NCBI GenBank assembly: GCA_964057225.1
Contig: OZ059897.1
Span: forward strand, 3,472,001 to 3,536,000
Origin: Auanema rhodensis
Lineage: Eukaryota > Animalia > Nematoda
Reading direction: 5' to 3'
Length of the DNA: 64,000 bases
Below, piece by piece: positions 1 to 12,393 of the stretch (within the stretch, counting starts at the first letter, position 1; each line of letters begins with the position of its first letter). The position numbers and the translations under genes were made by a program. The notes below the pieces were generated by a model that worked only from the letters and a program-made list of their open reading frames with translations, had not been told where the DNA came from and ran no database searches.

Positions 1-351
1 GTTTCTCAATGTAGTATAGTGCATTCGATGCGGATTTTTAAGCTGCGTTGATCTGTGTTATCAGATTTGAGTTAACTTAAAAATGCACCGAGATATCAAC
101 TGATATAGGTTCACACTTATATCCTCGATTTTCACCCTGAAGAAATGATTTTTTCGTTGAAAAACATTGTCCATCGTCTTCTCCTTGAAAGAAGGAATCT
201 AAAAACATCTACTTTTTGTGAAATTATTTAGAAATTTTTCGGGAAAATTTTTGTCAAAATGTTTTTGGAAGCAATGTTGAGTGTACATGGGAACTCAGCA
301 TACACTAATGCATTATTTTTCAAACGATAATAACTAATTTTTGTATAGAGC
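1..351. repeat. Representative 351-bp monomer (arbitrary phase), about 68% AT
   Basis: Hand count gives 52 C and 60 G in 351 nt. The next copy starts at 352 (gtttcttaatg). Confidence 0.97.
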
Positions 352-624
352 GTTTCTTAATGTAGTAAAGTGCATTCGATGCGGATTTTTAAGTTGCGTT
401 GATCTTTGTTATCAGATTTGAGTTAGCTTAAAAATGCACCGAGATATCAACTGATATATGTTCACACTTATATCCTCGATTTTCACCCTGAAGAAATGAT
501 TTTTTCGTTGAATAACATTGTCCATCATCTTCGTCTTGAAAAAAGGAATCTAAAAACATCTACTTTTTGTGAAATTATTTAGAAATTTTTCGGGAAAATT
601 TTTGTCAAAATGTTTTTGGAAGCA

Positions 625-652
625 ATGTTGAGTGTACATGGGAACTCAACAT
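625..652. other. Perfect 9-bp inverted repeat with a 10-nt spacer (example copy; monomer offsets 274-301)
   Basis: ATGTTGAGT-gtacatggga-ACTCAACAT, followed by the 10-bp palindrome TAATGCATTA at offsets 306-315. Confidence 0.85.
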
Positions 653-3600
653 ACACTAATGCATTATTTTTCAAACGATCATAACTAATTTTTGTAAATA
701 GCGTTTCTCGATGTAGTATAGTGCATTCGATGCGGATTTTTAAGCTGCGTTGATCTGTGTTATCAGATTTGAGTTAACTTAAAAATGCACCGAGATATCA
801 ACTGATATAGGTTCACACGTATATCCTCGATTTTCACCCTGAAGAAATGATTTTTTCGTTGAAAAACATTGTCCATCGTCTTCGTCATGAAAAAAGGAAT
901 TTAAAAACATCTACTTTTTGTGAAATTATTGAGAAAATTTTCGGGAAAATTTTTGTCAAAATGTTTTTGGAAGCAATGTTGAGTGTACATGGGAACTCAA
1001 CATACATTAATGCATTATTTTTCAAACGATCATAACTTATTTTTGTATAGAGCGTTTCTCAATGTAGTATAGTGCATTCGATGCGGATTTTTAAGCTGCG
1101 TCGATCTGTGTTATCCGATTTGAGCTAGCTTGAAAATGTACCGAGATATCAACTGATATATGTTCACACTTATATCCTCGATTTTCACCCTGAAGAATAT
1201 ATTTTTTCGTTGAATAACATTGTCCATCGTCTTCGCCTTGAAAGAAGGAATCTAAAAACATCTACTTTTTGTGAAATTATTTAGAAATTTTTCGGGAAAA
1301 TTTTTGTCAAAATGTTTTTGGAAGCAATGTTGAGTGTACATGGGAACTCAGCATACACTAATGCATTATTTTTCAAACGATAATAACTAATTTTTGTATA
1401 GAGCGTTTCTCATAGTAGTATAGTGCATTCGATGCGGATTTTTAAGTTGCGTCGATCTGTTTTATCAGATTTGAGTTAGCTTGAAAATGCACCGAGATAT
1501 CAACTGATATATGTTCACACTTATATCCTCGATTTTCACCCTGAAGAATTAATTTTTTCGTTGAATAACATTGTCCATCGTCTTTGCCTTGAAAAAAGAA
1601 ATCTAAAAACTCCTACTTTTTGTGAAATTATTTAGAAATTTTTCGGGAAAATTTTTGTCAAAATGTTTTTGGAAGCAATGTTGAGTGTACATGGGAACTC
1701 AACATACACTAATGCATTATTTTTCAAACGATCATAACTTATTTTTGTATAGAGCGTTTCTCAATGTAGTAAAGTGCATTCGATGCGGATTTTTAAGCTG
1801 CGTCGATCTGTGTTATCCGATTTGAGTTAGCTTGAAAATGCACCGAGATATCAACTGATATATGTTCACACTTATATCCTCGATTTTCACCCTGAAGAAT
1901 TAATTTTTTCGTTGAATAACATTGTCCATCGTCTTTGCCTTGAAAAAAGAAATCTAAAAACTCCTACTTTTTGTGAAATTATTTAAAAATTTTTCGGGAA
2001 AATTTTTGTCAAAATGTTTTTGGAAGCAATGTTGAGTGTACATGGGAACTCAGCATACACTAATGCATTATTTTTCAAACGATCATAACTAATTTTTGTA
2101 TGGAGCGTTTCTCAATGTAGTATAGTGCATTCGATGCGGATTTTTAAGCTGCGTTGATCTGTGTTATCAGATTTGAGTTAACTTAAAAATGCACCGAGAT
2201 ATCAACTGATATAGGTTCACACTTATATCCTCGATTTTCACCCTGAAGAAATGATTTTTTCGTTGAAAAACATTGTCCATCGTCTTCGTCATGAAAAAAG
2301 GAATCTAAAAACATCTACTTTTTGTGAAATTATTTAGAAAATTTTCGGGAAAATTTTTGTCAAAATGTTTTTGGAAGCAATGTTGACTGTACATGGGAAC
2401 TCAACATACACTAATGCATTATTTTTCGAACGATCATAACTAATTTTTGTATAGAGCGTTTCTCAATGTAGTATAGTGCATTCGATGCGGATTTTTAAGC
2501 TGCGTTGATCTGTTTTATCAGATTTGAGTTAACTTAAAAATGCACCGAGATATCAACTGATATATGTTCACACTTATATCCTCGATTTTCACCCTGAAGA
2601 AATGATTTTTTCGTTGAAAAACATTGTCCATCGTCTTCGTCATGAAAAAAGGAATCTAAAAACATCTACTTTTTGTGAAATTATTCAGAAATTTTTCGGG
2701 AAAATTTTTGTCAAAATGTTTTTGGAAGCAATGTTGAGTGTACATGGGAACTCAACATACACTACTGCATCATTTTTCAAACGATCATAACTAATTTTTG
2801 TATAGAGCTTTTCTCAATGTAGTATAGTGCATTCGATGCGGATTTTTAAGCTGCGTTGATCTGTGTTATCAGATTTGAGTTAACTTAAAAATGCACCGAG
2901 ATATCAACTGATATAGGTTCACACTTATATCCTCGATTTTCACCCTGAAGAAATGATTTTTTCGTTGAAAAACATTGTCCATCGTATTCGTCTTGAAAAA
3001 AGGAATCTAAAAACATCTACTTTTTGTGAAATTATTTAGAAATTTTTCGGGAAAATTTTTGTCAAAATGTTTTTGGAAGCAATGTTTGAATGTACATGGG
3101 AACTCAACATTCACTAATGCATTATTTTTCAAACGATCATAACTAATTTTTGTATGGAGCGTTTCTCAATGTAGTATAGTGCATTCGATGCGGATTTTTA
3201 AGCTGCGTTGATCTGTGTTATCAGATTTGAGTTAACTTAAAAATGCACCGAGATATCAACTGATATAGGTTCACACTTATATCCTCGATTTTCACCCTGA
3301 AGAAATGATTTTTTCGTTGAAAAACATTGTCCATCGTCTTCTCCTTGAAAGAAGGAATCTAAAAACATCTACTTTTTGTGAAATTATTTAGAAATTTTTC
3401 GGGAAAATTTTTGTCAAAATGTTTTTGGAAGCAATGTTGAGTGTACATGGGAACTCAGCATACACTAATGCATTATTTTTCAAACGATAATAACTAATTT
3501 TTGTATAGAGCGTTTCTTAATGTAGTAAAGTGCATTCGATGCGGATTTTTAAGTTGCGTTGATCTTTGTTATCAGATTTGAGTTAGCTTAAAAATGCACC

Positions 3601-5969
3601 GAGATATCAACTGATATATGTTCACACTTATATCCTCGATTTTCACCCTGAAGAAATGATTTTTTCGTTGAATAACATTGTCCATCATCTTCGTCTTGAA
3701 AAAAGGAATCTAAAAACATCTACTTTTTGTGAAATTATTTAGAAATTTTTCGGGAAAATTTTTGTCAAAATGTTTTTGGAAGCAATGTTGAGTGTACATG
3801 GGAACTCAACATACACTAATGCATTATTTTTCAAACGATCATAACTAATTTTTGTAAATAGCGTTTCTCGATGTAGTATAGTGCATTCGATGCGGATTTT
3901 TAAGCTGCGTTGATCTGTGTTATCAGATTTGAGTTAACTTAAAAATGCACCGAGATATCAACTGATATAGGTTCACACGTATATCCTCGATTTTCACCCT
4001 GAAGAAATGATTTTTTCGTTGAAAAACATTGTCCATCGTCTTCGTCATGAAAAAAGGAATTTAAAAACATCTACTTTTTGTGAAATTATTGAGAAAATTT
4101 TCGGGAAAATTTTTGTCAAAATGTTTTTGGAAGCAATGTTGAGTGTACATGGGAACTCAACATACATTAATGCATTATTTTTCAAACGATCATAACTTAT
4201 TTTTGTATAGAGCGTTTCTCAATGTAGTATAGTGCATTCGATGCGGATTTTTAAGCTGCGTCGATCTGTGTTATCCGATTTGAGCTAGCTTGAAAATGTA
4301 CCGAGATATCAACTGATATATGTTCACACTTATATCCTCGATTTTCACCCTGAAGAATTTATTTTTTCGTTGAATAACATTGTCCATCGTCTTCGCCTTG
4401 AAAGAAGGAATCTAAAAACATCTACTTTTTGTGAAATTATTTAGAAATTTTTCGGGAAAATTTTTGTCAAAATGTTTTTGGAAGCAATGTTGAGTGTACA
4501 TGGGAACTCAGCATACACTAATGCATTATTTTTCAAACGATAATAACTAATTTTTGTATAGAGCGTTTCTCATAGTAGTATAGTGCATTCGATGCGGATT
4601 TTTAAGTTGCGTCGATCTGTTTTATCAGATTTGAGTTAGCTTGAAAATGCACCGAGATATCAACTGATATATGTTCACACTTATATCCTCGATTTTCACC
4701 CTGAAGAATTAATTTTTTCGTTGAATAACATTGTCCATCGTCTTTGCCTTGAAAAAAGAAATCTAAAAACTCCTACTTTTTGTGAAATTATTTAAAAATT
4801 TTTCGGGAAAATTTTTGTCAAAATGTTTTTGGAAGCAATGTTGAGTGTACATGGGAACTCAGCATACACTAATGCATTATTTTTCAAACGATCATAACTA
4901 ATTTTTGTATGGAGCGTTTCTCAATGTAGTATAGTGCATTCGATGCGGATTTTTAAGCTGCGTTGATCTGTGTTATCAGATTTGAGTTAACTTAAAAATG
5001 CACCGAGATATCAACTGATATAGGTTCACACTTATATCCTCGATTTTCACCCTGAAGAAATGATTTTTTCGTTGAAAAACATTGTCCATCGTCTTCGTCA
5101 TGAAAAAAGGAATCTAAAAACATCTACTTTTTGTGAAATTATTTAGAAAATTTTCGGGAAAATTTTTGTCAAAATGTTTTTGGAAGCAATGTTGACTGTA
5201 CATGGGAACTCAACATACACTAATGCATTATTTTTCAAACGATCATAACTAATTTTTGTATAGAGCGTTTCTCAATGTAGTATAGTGCATTCGATGCGGA
5301 TTTTTAAGCTGCGTTGATCTGTTTTATCAGATTTGAGTTAACTTAAAAATGCACCGAGATATCAACTGATATATGTTCACACTTATATCCTCGATTTTCA
5401 CCCTGAAGAAATGATTTTTTCGTTGAAAAACATTGTCCATCGTATTCGTCTTGAAAAAAGGAATCTAAAAACATCTACTTTTTGTGAAATTATTTAGAAA
5501 TTTTTCGGGAAAATTTTTGTCAAAATGTTTTTGGAAGCAATGTTTGAATGTACATGGGAACTCAACATTCACTAATGCATTATTTTTCAAACGATCATAA
5601 CTAATTTTTGTATGGAGCGTTTCTCAATGTAGTATAGTGCATTCGATGCGGATTTTTAAGCTGCGTTGATCTGTGTTATCAGATTTGAGTTAACTTAAAA
5701 ATGCACCGAGATATCAACTGATATAGGTTCACACTTATATCCTCGATTTTCACCCTGAAGAAATGATTTTTTCGTTGAAAAACATTGTCCATCGTCTTCT
5801 CCTTGAAAGAAGGAATCTAAAAACATCTACTTTTTGTGAAATTATTTAGAAATTTTTCGGGAAAATTTTTGTCAAAATGTTTTTGGAAGCAATGTTGAGT
5901 GTACATGGGAACTCAGCATACACTAATGCATTATTTTTCAAACGATAATAACTAATTTTTGTATAGAGC

Positions 5970-6576
5970 GTTTCTTAATGTAGTAAAGTGCATTCGATGC
6001 GGATTTTTAAGAGATATCAACTGATATATGTTCACACTTATATCCTCGATTTTCACCCTGAAGAAATGATTTTTTCGTTGAAAAAACATTGTCCATCGTC
6101 TTTGCCTTGAAAAAAGGAATCTAAAAACATCTACTTTTTGTGAAATTATTTAGAAATTTTTCGGGAAAATTTTTGTCAAAATGTTTTTGGAAGCAATGTT
6201 GAGTGTACATGGGAACTCAGCATACACTAATGCATTATTTTTCAAACGATAATAACTAATTTTTGTATAGAGCGTTTCTTAATGTAGTAAAGTGCATTCG
6301 ATGCGGATTTTTAAGAGATATCAACTGATATATGTTCACACTTATATCCTCGATTTTCACCCTGAAGAAATGATTTTTTCGTTGAATAACATTGTCCATC
6401 ATCTTCGTCTTGAAAAAAGGAATCTAAAAACATCTACTTTTTGTGAAATTATTTAGAAATTTTTCGGGAAAATTTTTGTCAAAATGTTTTTGGAAGCAAT
6501 GTTGAGTGTACATGGGAACTCAACATACACTAATGCATTATTTTTCAAACGATCATAACTAATTTTTGTAAATAGC
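5970..6576. repeat. Two adjacent truncated monomers (304 and 303 bp) with the same 48-bp deletion
   Basis: The junction GGATTTTTAAG|AGATATCAAC occurs at 6011/6012 and 6315/6316. Monomer offsets 43-90 are missing. Confidence 0.97.
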
Positions 6577-8013
6577 GTTTCTCGATGTAGTATAGTGCAT
6601 TCGATGCGGATTTTTAAGCTGCGTTGATCTGTGTTATCAGATTTGAGTTAACTTAAAAATGCACCGAGATATCAACTGATATAGGTTCACACGTATATCC
6701 TCGATTTTCACCCTGAAGAAATGATTTTTTCGTTGAAAAACATTGTCCATCGTCTTCGTCATGAAAAAAGGAATCTAAAAACATCTACTTTTTGTGAAAT
6801 TATTCAGAAAATTTTCGGGAAAATTTTTGTCAAAATGTTTTTGGAAGCAATGTTGAGTGTACATGGGAACTCAACATACATTAATGCATTATTTTTCAAA
6901 CGATCATAACTTATTTTTGTATAGAGCGTTTCTCAATGTAGTATAGTGCATTCGATGCGGATTTTTAAGCTGCGTCGATCTGTGTTATCCGATTTGAGCT
7001 AGCTTGAAAATGTACCGAGATATCAACTGATATATGTTCACACTTATATCCTCGATTTTCACCCTGAAGAATTTATTTTTTCGTTGAATAACATTGTCCA
7101 TCGTCTTCGCCTTGAAAGAAGGAATCTAAAAACATCTACTTTTTGTGAAATTATTTAGAAATTTTTCGGGAAAATTTTTGTCAAAATGTTTTTGGAAGCA
7201 ATGTTGAGTGTACATGGGAACTCAGCATACACTAATGCATTATTTTTCAAACGATAATAACTAATTTTTGTATAGAGCGTTTCTCATAGTAGTATAGTGC
7301 ATTCGATGCGGATTTTTAAGTTGCGTCGATCTGTTTTATCAGATTTGAGTTAGCTTGAAAATGCACCGAGATATCAACTGATATATGTTCACACTTATAT
7401 CCTCGATTTTCACCCTGAAGAATTAATTTTTTCGTTGAATAACATTGTCCATCGTCTTTGCCTTGAAAAAAGAAATCTAAAAACTCCTACTTTTTGTGAA
7501 ATTATTTAAAAATTTTTCGGGAAAATTTTTGTCAAAATGTTTTTGGAAGCAATGTTGAGTGTACATGGGAACTCAGCATACACTAATGCATTATTTTTCA
7601 AACGATCATAACTAATTTTTGTATGGAGCGTTTCTCAATGTAGTATAGTGCATTCGATGCGGATTTTTAAGCTGCGTTGATCTGTGTTATCAGATTTGAG
7701 TTAACTTAAAAATGCACCGAGATATCAACTGATATAGGTTCACACTTATATCCTCGATTTTCACCCTGAAGAAATGATTTTTTCGTTGAAAAACATTGTC
7801 CATCGTCTTCGTCATGAAAAAAGGAATCTAAAAACATCTACTTTTTGTGAAATTATTCAGAAAATTTTCGGGAAAATTTTTGTCAAAATGTTTTTGGAAG
7901 CAATGTTGAGTGTACATGGGAACTCAACATACACTAATGCATTATTTTTCAAACAATCATAACTAATTTTTGTATAGAGCGTTTCTCAATGTAGTATAGT
8001 GCATTCGATGCGG

Positions 8014-8064
8014 ATTTTTAAGCTGCGTCGATCTGTGTTATCAGATTTGAGTTAGCTTAAAAAT
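8014..8064. other. Main intra-monomer inverted repeat (example copy; monomer offsets 34-84 in nearly all monomers)
   Basis: ATTTTTAAGCT-gcgtcg-ATCTG-tgttat-CAGAT-ttgagtt-AGCTTAAAAAT. The 11-bp outer arms are perfect in this AGCTT variant, and the inner arms are 5 bp. Confidence 0.85.
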
Positions 8065-11000
8065 GCACCGAGATATCAACTGATATATGTTCACACTTAT
8101 ATCCTCGATTTTCACCCTGAAGAAATGATTTTTTCGTTGAATAACATTGTCCATCATCTTCGTCTTGAAAAAAGGAATCTAAAAACATCTACTTTTTGTG
8201 AAATTATTTAGAAATTTTTCGGAAAAATTTTTGTCAAAATGTTTTTGGAAGCAATGTTGAGTGTACATGGGAACTCAACATACACTAATGCATTATTTTT
8301 CAAACGATCATAACTAATTTTTGTAAATAGCGTTTCTCGATGTAGTATGGTGCATTCGATGCGGATTTTTAAGCTGCGTTGATCTGTGTTATCAGATTTG
8401 AGTTAACTTAAAAATGCACCGAGATATCAACTGATATAGGTTCACACTTATATCCTCGATTTTCACCCTGAAGAAATGATTTTTTCGTTGAAAAACATTG
8501 TCCATCGTCTTTGTCATGAAAAAAGGAATCTAAAAACATCTACTTTTTGTGAAATTATTCAGAAATTTTTCGGGAAAATTTTTGTCAAAATGTTTTTGGA
8601 AGCAATGTTGAGTGTACATGGGAACTCAACATACACTACTGCATCATTTTTCAAACGATCATAACTAATTTTTGTATAGAGCGTTTCTCAATGTAGTATA
8701 GTGCATTTGATGCGGATTTTTAAGCTGCGTTGATCTGTGTTATCAGATTTGAGTTAACTTAAAAATGCACCGAGATATCAACTGATATATGTTCACACTT
8801 ATATCCTCGATTTTCACCCTGAAGAAATGATTTTTTCGTTGAATAACATTGTCCATCGTCTTCGTCTTGAAAAAAGGAATCCAAAAACATCTACTTTTTG
8901 TAAAATTATTTAGAAATTTTTCGGGAAAATTTTTGTCAAAATGTTTTTGGAAGCAATGTTGAGTGTACATGGGAACTCAACATACACTAATGCATTATTT
9001 TTCAAACGATCATAACTAATTTTTGTATAGAGCGTTTCTCAATGTAGTATAGTGCATTCGATGCGGATTTTTAAGCTGCGTTGATCTGTGTTATCAGATT
9101 TGAGTTAACTTAAAAATGCACCGAGATATCAACTGATATATGTTCACACTTATATCCTCGATTTTCACCCTGAAGAAATGATTTTTTCGTTGAAAAACAT
9201 TGTCCATCGTATTCGTCTTGAAAAAAGGAATCTAAAAACATCTACTTTTTGTGAAATTATTTAGAAATTTTTCGGGAAAATTTTTGTCAAAATGTTTTTG
9301 GAAGCAATGTTTGAATGTACATGGGAACTCAACATTCACTAATGCATTATTTTTCAAACGATCATAACTAATTTTTGTATGGAGCGTTTCTCAATGTAGT
9401 ATAGTGCATTCGATGCGGATTTTTAAGCTGCGTTGATCTGTGTTATCAGATTTGAGTTAACTTAAAAATGCACCGAGATATCAACTGATATAGGTTCACA
9501 CTTATATCCTCGATTTTCACCCTGAAGAAATGATTTTTTCGTTGAAAAACATTGTCCATCGTCTTCTCCTTGAAAGAAGGAATCTAAAAACATCTACTTT
9601 TTGTGAAATTATTTAGAAATTTTTCGGGAAAATTTTTGTCAAAATGTTTTTGGAAGCAATGTTGAGTGTACATGGGAACTCAGCATACACTAATGCATTA
9701 TTTTTCAAACGATAATAACTAATTTTTGTATAGAGCGTTTCTTAATGTAGTAAAGTGCATTCGATGCGGATTTTTAAGTTGCGTTGATCTTTGTTATCAG
9801 ATTTGAGTTAGCTTAAAAATGCACCGAGATATCAACTGATATATGTTCACACTTATATCCTCGATTTTCACCCTGAAGAAATGATTTTTTCGTTGAATAA
9901 CATTGTCCATCATCTTCATCTTGAAAAAAGGAATCTAAAAACATCTACTTTTTGTGAAATTATTAGGAAATTTTTCGGGAAAATTTTTGTCAAAATGTTT
10001 TTGGAAGCAATGTTGAGTGTACATGGGAACTCAACATACACTAATGCATTATTTTTCAAACGATCATAACTAATTTTTGTAAATAGCGTTTCTCGATGTA
10101 GTATAGTGCATTCGATGCGGATTTTTAAGCTGCGTTGATCTGTGTTATCAGATTTGAGTTAACTTAAAAATGCACCGAGATATCAACTGATATAGGTTCA
10201 CACGTATATCCTCGATTTTCACCCTGAAGAAATGATTTTTTCGTTGAAAAACATTGTCCATCGTCTTCGTCATGAAAAAAGGAATCTAAAAACATCTACT
10301 TTTTGTGAAATTATCCAGAAAATTTTCGGGAAAATTTTTGTCAAAATGTTTTTGGAAGCAATGTTGAGTGTACATGGGAACTCAACATACATTAATGCAT
10401 TATTTTTCAAACGATCATAACTTATTTTTGTATAGAGCGTTTCTCAATGTAGTATAGTGCATTCGATGCGGATTTTTAAGCTGCGTCGATCTGTGTTATC
10501 CGATTTGAGCTAGCTTGAAAATGTACCGAGATATCAACTGATATATGTTCACACTTATATCCTCGATTTTCACCCTGAAGAATTTATTTTTTCGTTGAAT
10601 AACATTGTCCATCGTCTTCGCCTTGAAAGAAGGAATCTAAAAACATCTACTTTTTGTGAAATTATTTAGAAATTTTTCGGGAAAATTTTTGTCAAAATGT
10701 TTTTGGAAGCAATGTTGAGTGTACATGGGAACTCAGCATACACTAATGCATTATTTTTCAAACGATAATAACTAATTTTTGTATAGAGCGTTTCTCATAG
10801 TAGTATAGTGCATTCGATGCGGATTTTTAAGTTGCGTTGATCTGTGTTATCAGATTTGAGTTAGCTTAAAAATGCACCGAGATATCAACTGATATATGTT
10901 CACACTTATATCCTCGATTTTCACCCTGAAGAAATGATTTTTTCGTTGAATAACATTGTCCATCATCTTCGTCTTGAAAAAAGGAATCTAAAAACATCTA

Positions 11001-12185
11001 CTTTTTGTGAAATTATTTAGAAATTTTTCGGGAAAATTTTTGTCAAAATGTTTTTGGAAGCAATGTTGAGTGTACATGGGAACTCAACATACACTAATGC
11101 ATTATTTTTCAAACGATCATAACTAATTTTTGTATGGAGCGTTTCTCAATGTAGTATAGTGCATTCGATGCTGATTTTTAAGCTGCGTTGATCTGTGTTA
11201 TCAGATTTGAGTTAACTTAAAAATGCACCGAGATATCAACTGATATAGGTTCACACTTATATCCTCGATTTTCACCCTGAAGAAATGATTTTTTCGTTGA
11301 AAAACATTGTCCATCGTCTTCGTCATGAAAAAAGGAATCTAAAAACATCTACTTTTTGTGAAATTATTCAGAAAATTTTCGGGAAAATTTTTGTCAAAAT
11401 GTTTTTGGAAGCAATGTTGAGTGTACATGGGAACTCAACATACACTAATGCATTATTTTTCAAACGATCATAACTAATTTTTGTATAGAGCGTTTCTCAA
11501 TGTAGTATAGTGCATTCGATGCGGATTTTTAAGCTGCGTCGATCTGTGTTATCAGATTTGAGTTAGCTTAAAAATGCACCGAGATATCAACTGATATATG
11601 TTCACACTTATATCCTCGATTTTCACCCTGAAGAAATGATTTTTTCGTTGAATAACATTGTCCATCATCTTCGTCTTGAAAAAAGGAATCTAAAAACATC
11701 TACTTTTTGTGAAATTATTTAGAAATTTTTCGGAAAAATTTTTGTCAAAATGTTTTTGGAAGCAATGTTGAGTGTACATGGGAACTCAACATACACTAAT
11801 GCATTATTTTTCAAACGATCATAACTAATTTTTGTAAATAGCGTTTCTCGATGTAGTATAGTGCATTCGATGCGGATTTTTAAGCTGCGTTGATCTGTGT
11901 TATCAGATTTGAGTTAACTTAAAAATGCACCGAGATATCAACTGATATAGGTTCACACTTATATCCTCGATTTTCACCCTGAAGAAATGATTTTTTCGTT
12001 GAAAAACATTGTCCATCGTCTTTGTCATGAAAAAAGGAATCTAAAAACATCTACTTTTTGTGAAATTATTCAGAAATTTTTCGGGAAAATTTTTGTCAAA
12101 ATGTTTTTGGAAGCAATGTTGAGTGTACATGGGAACTCAACATACACTACTGCATCATTTTTCAAACGATCATAACTAATTTTTG

Positions 12186-12215
12186 TATAGAGCGTTTCTC
12201 TATGGAGCGTTTCTC
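12186..12215. repeat. 15-bp imperfect tandem duplication TATAGAGCGTTTCTC-TATGGAGCGTTTCTC (366-bp monomer variant); also at 14658, 16428, 19602, 21372 and 49124
   Basis: Read directly at all six sites. Spacings 2472, 1770, 3174 and 1770 all equal n x 351 + 15. Confidence 0.97.
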
Positions 12216-12393
12216 AATGTAGTATAGTGCATTCGATGCGGATTTTTAAGCTGCGTTGATCTGTGTTATCAGATTTGAGTTAACTTAAAAATGCACCGAG
12301 ATATCAACTGATATAGGTTCACACTTATATCCTCGATTTTCACCCTGAAGAAATGATTTTTTCGTTGAAAAACATTGTCCATCGTCTTCGTCA

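Larger units (their letters stand above)
1..10789. repeat. Left-domain variable-length HOR (9-mer, 7-mer, 11-mer, then a partial unit)
   Basis: The marker monomer carrying CTTCTCCTTGAAAGAAGG starts at 1, 3161, 5619 and 9386, each time followed by the same order of variant monomers. Spacings are 3160 (9x351+1), 2458 (7x351+1) and 3767 (11x351-96+2). Confidence 0.85.

Noticed and set aside
34-84. Compensatory covariation proving a conserved hairpin
   Set aside because: Linked alleles are explained by shared descent, and AAGTT on the left arm co-occurs with AGCTT rather than AACTT on the right, which is not compensatory.
152-168. CENP-B box-like motif TTTCGTTGAAAAACATT
   Set aside because: It matches the TTCG....A half of the consensus NTTCGNNNNANNCGGGN but lacks the essential CGGG.
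1-351. Assignment to a named satellite of similar size (Drosophila 1.688/359-bp, Tribolium satellites of about 350-360 bp, cucurbit repeats of about 350 bp)
   Set aside because: Only length and AT content are similar. I cannot verify sequence homology without a database search.
1-351. Monomer as a diverged dimer of about 175-bp subunits
   Set aside because: I found no convincing alignment between the two halves by eye.
1-351. Tandem RNA gene unit (5S rRNA, tRNA, snRNA, spliced leader)
   Set aside because: There is no recognisable 5S or tRNA sequence, A/B box arrangement or known SL exon, and no gene-versus-spacer contrast in conservation.
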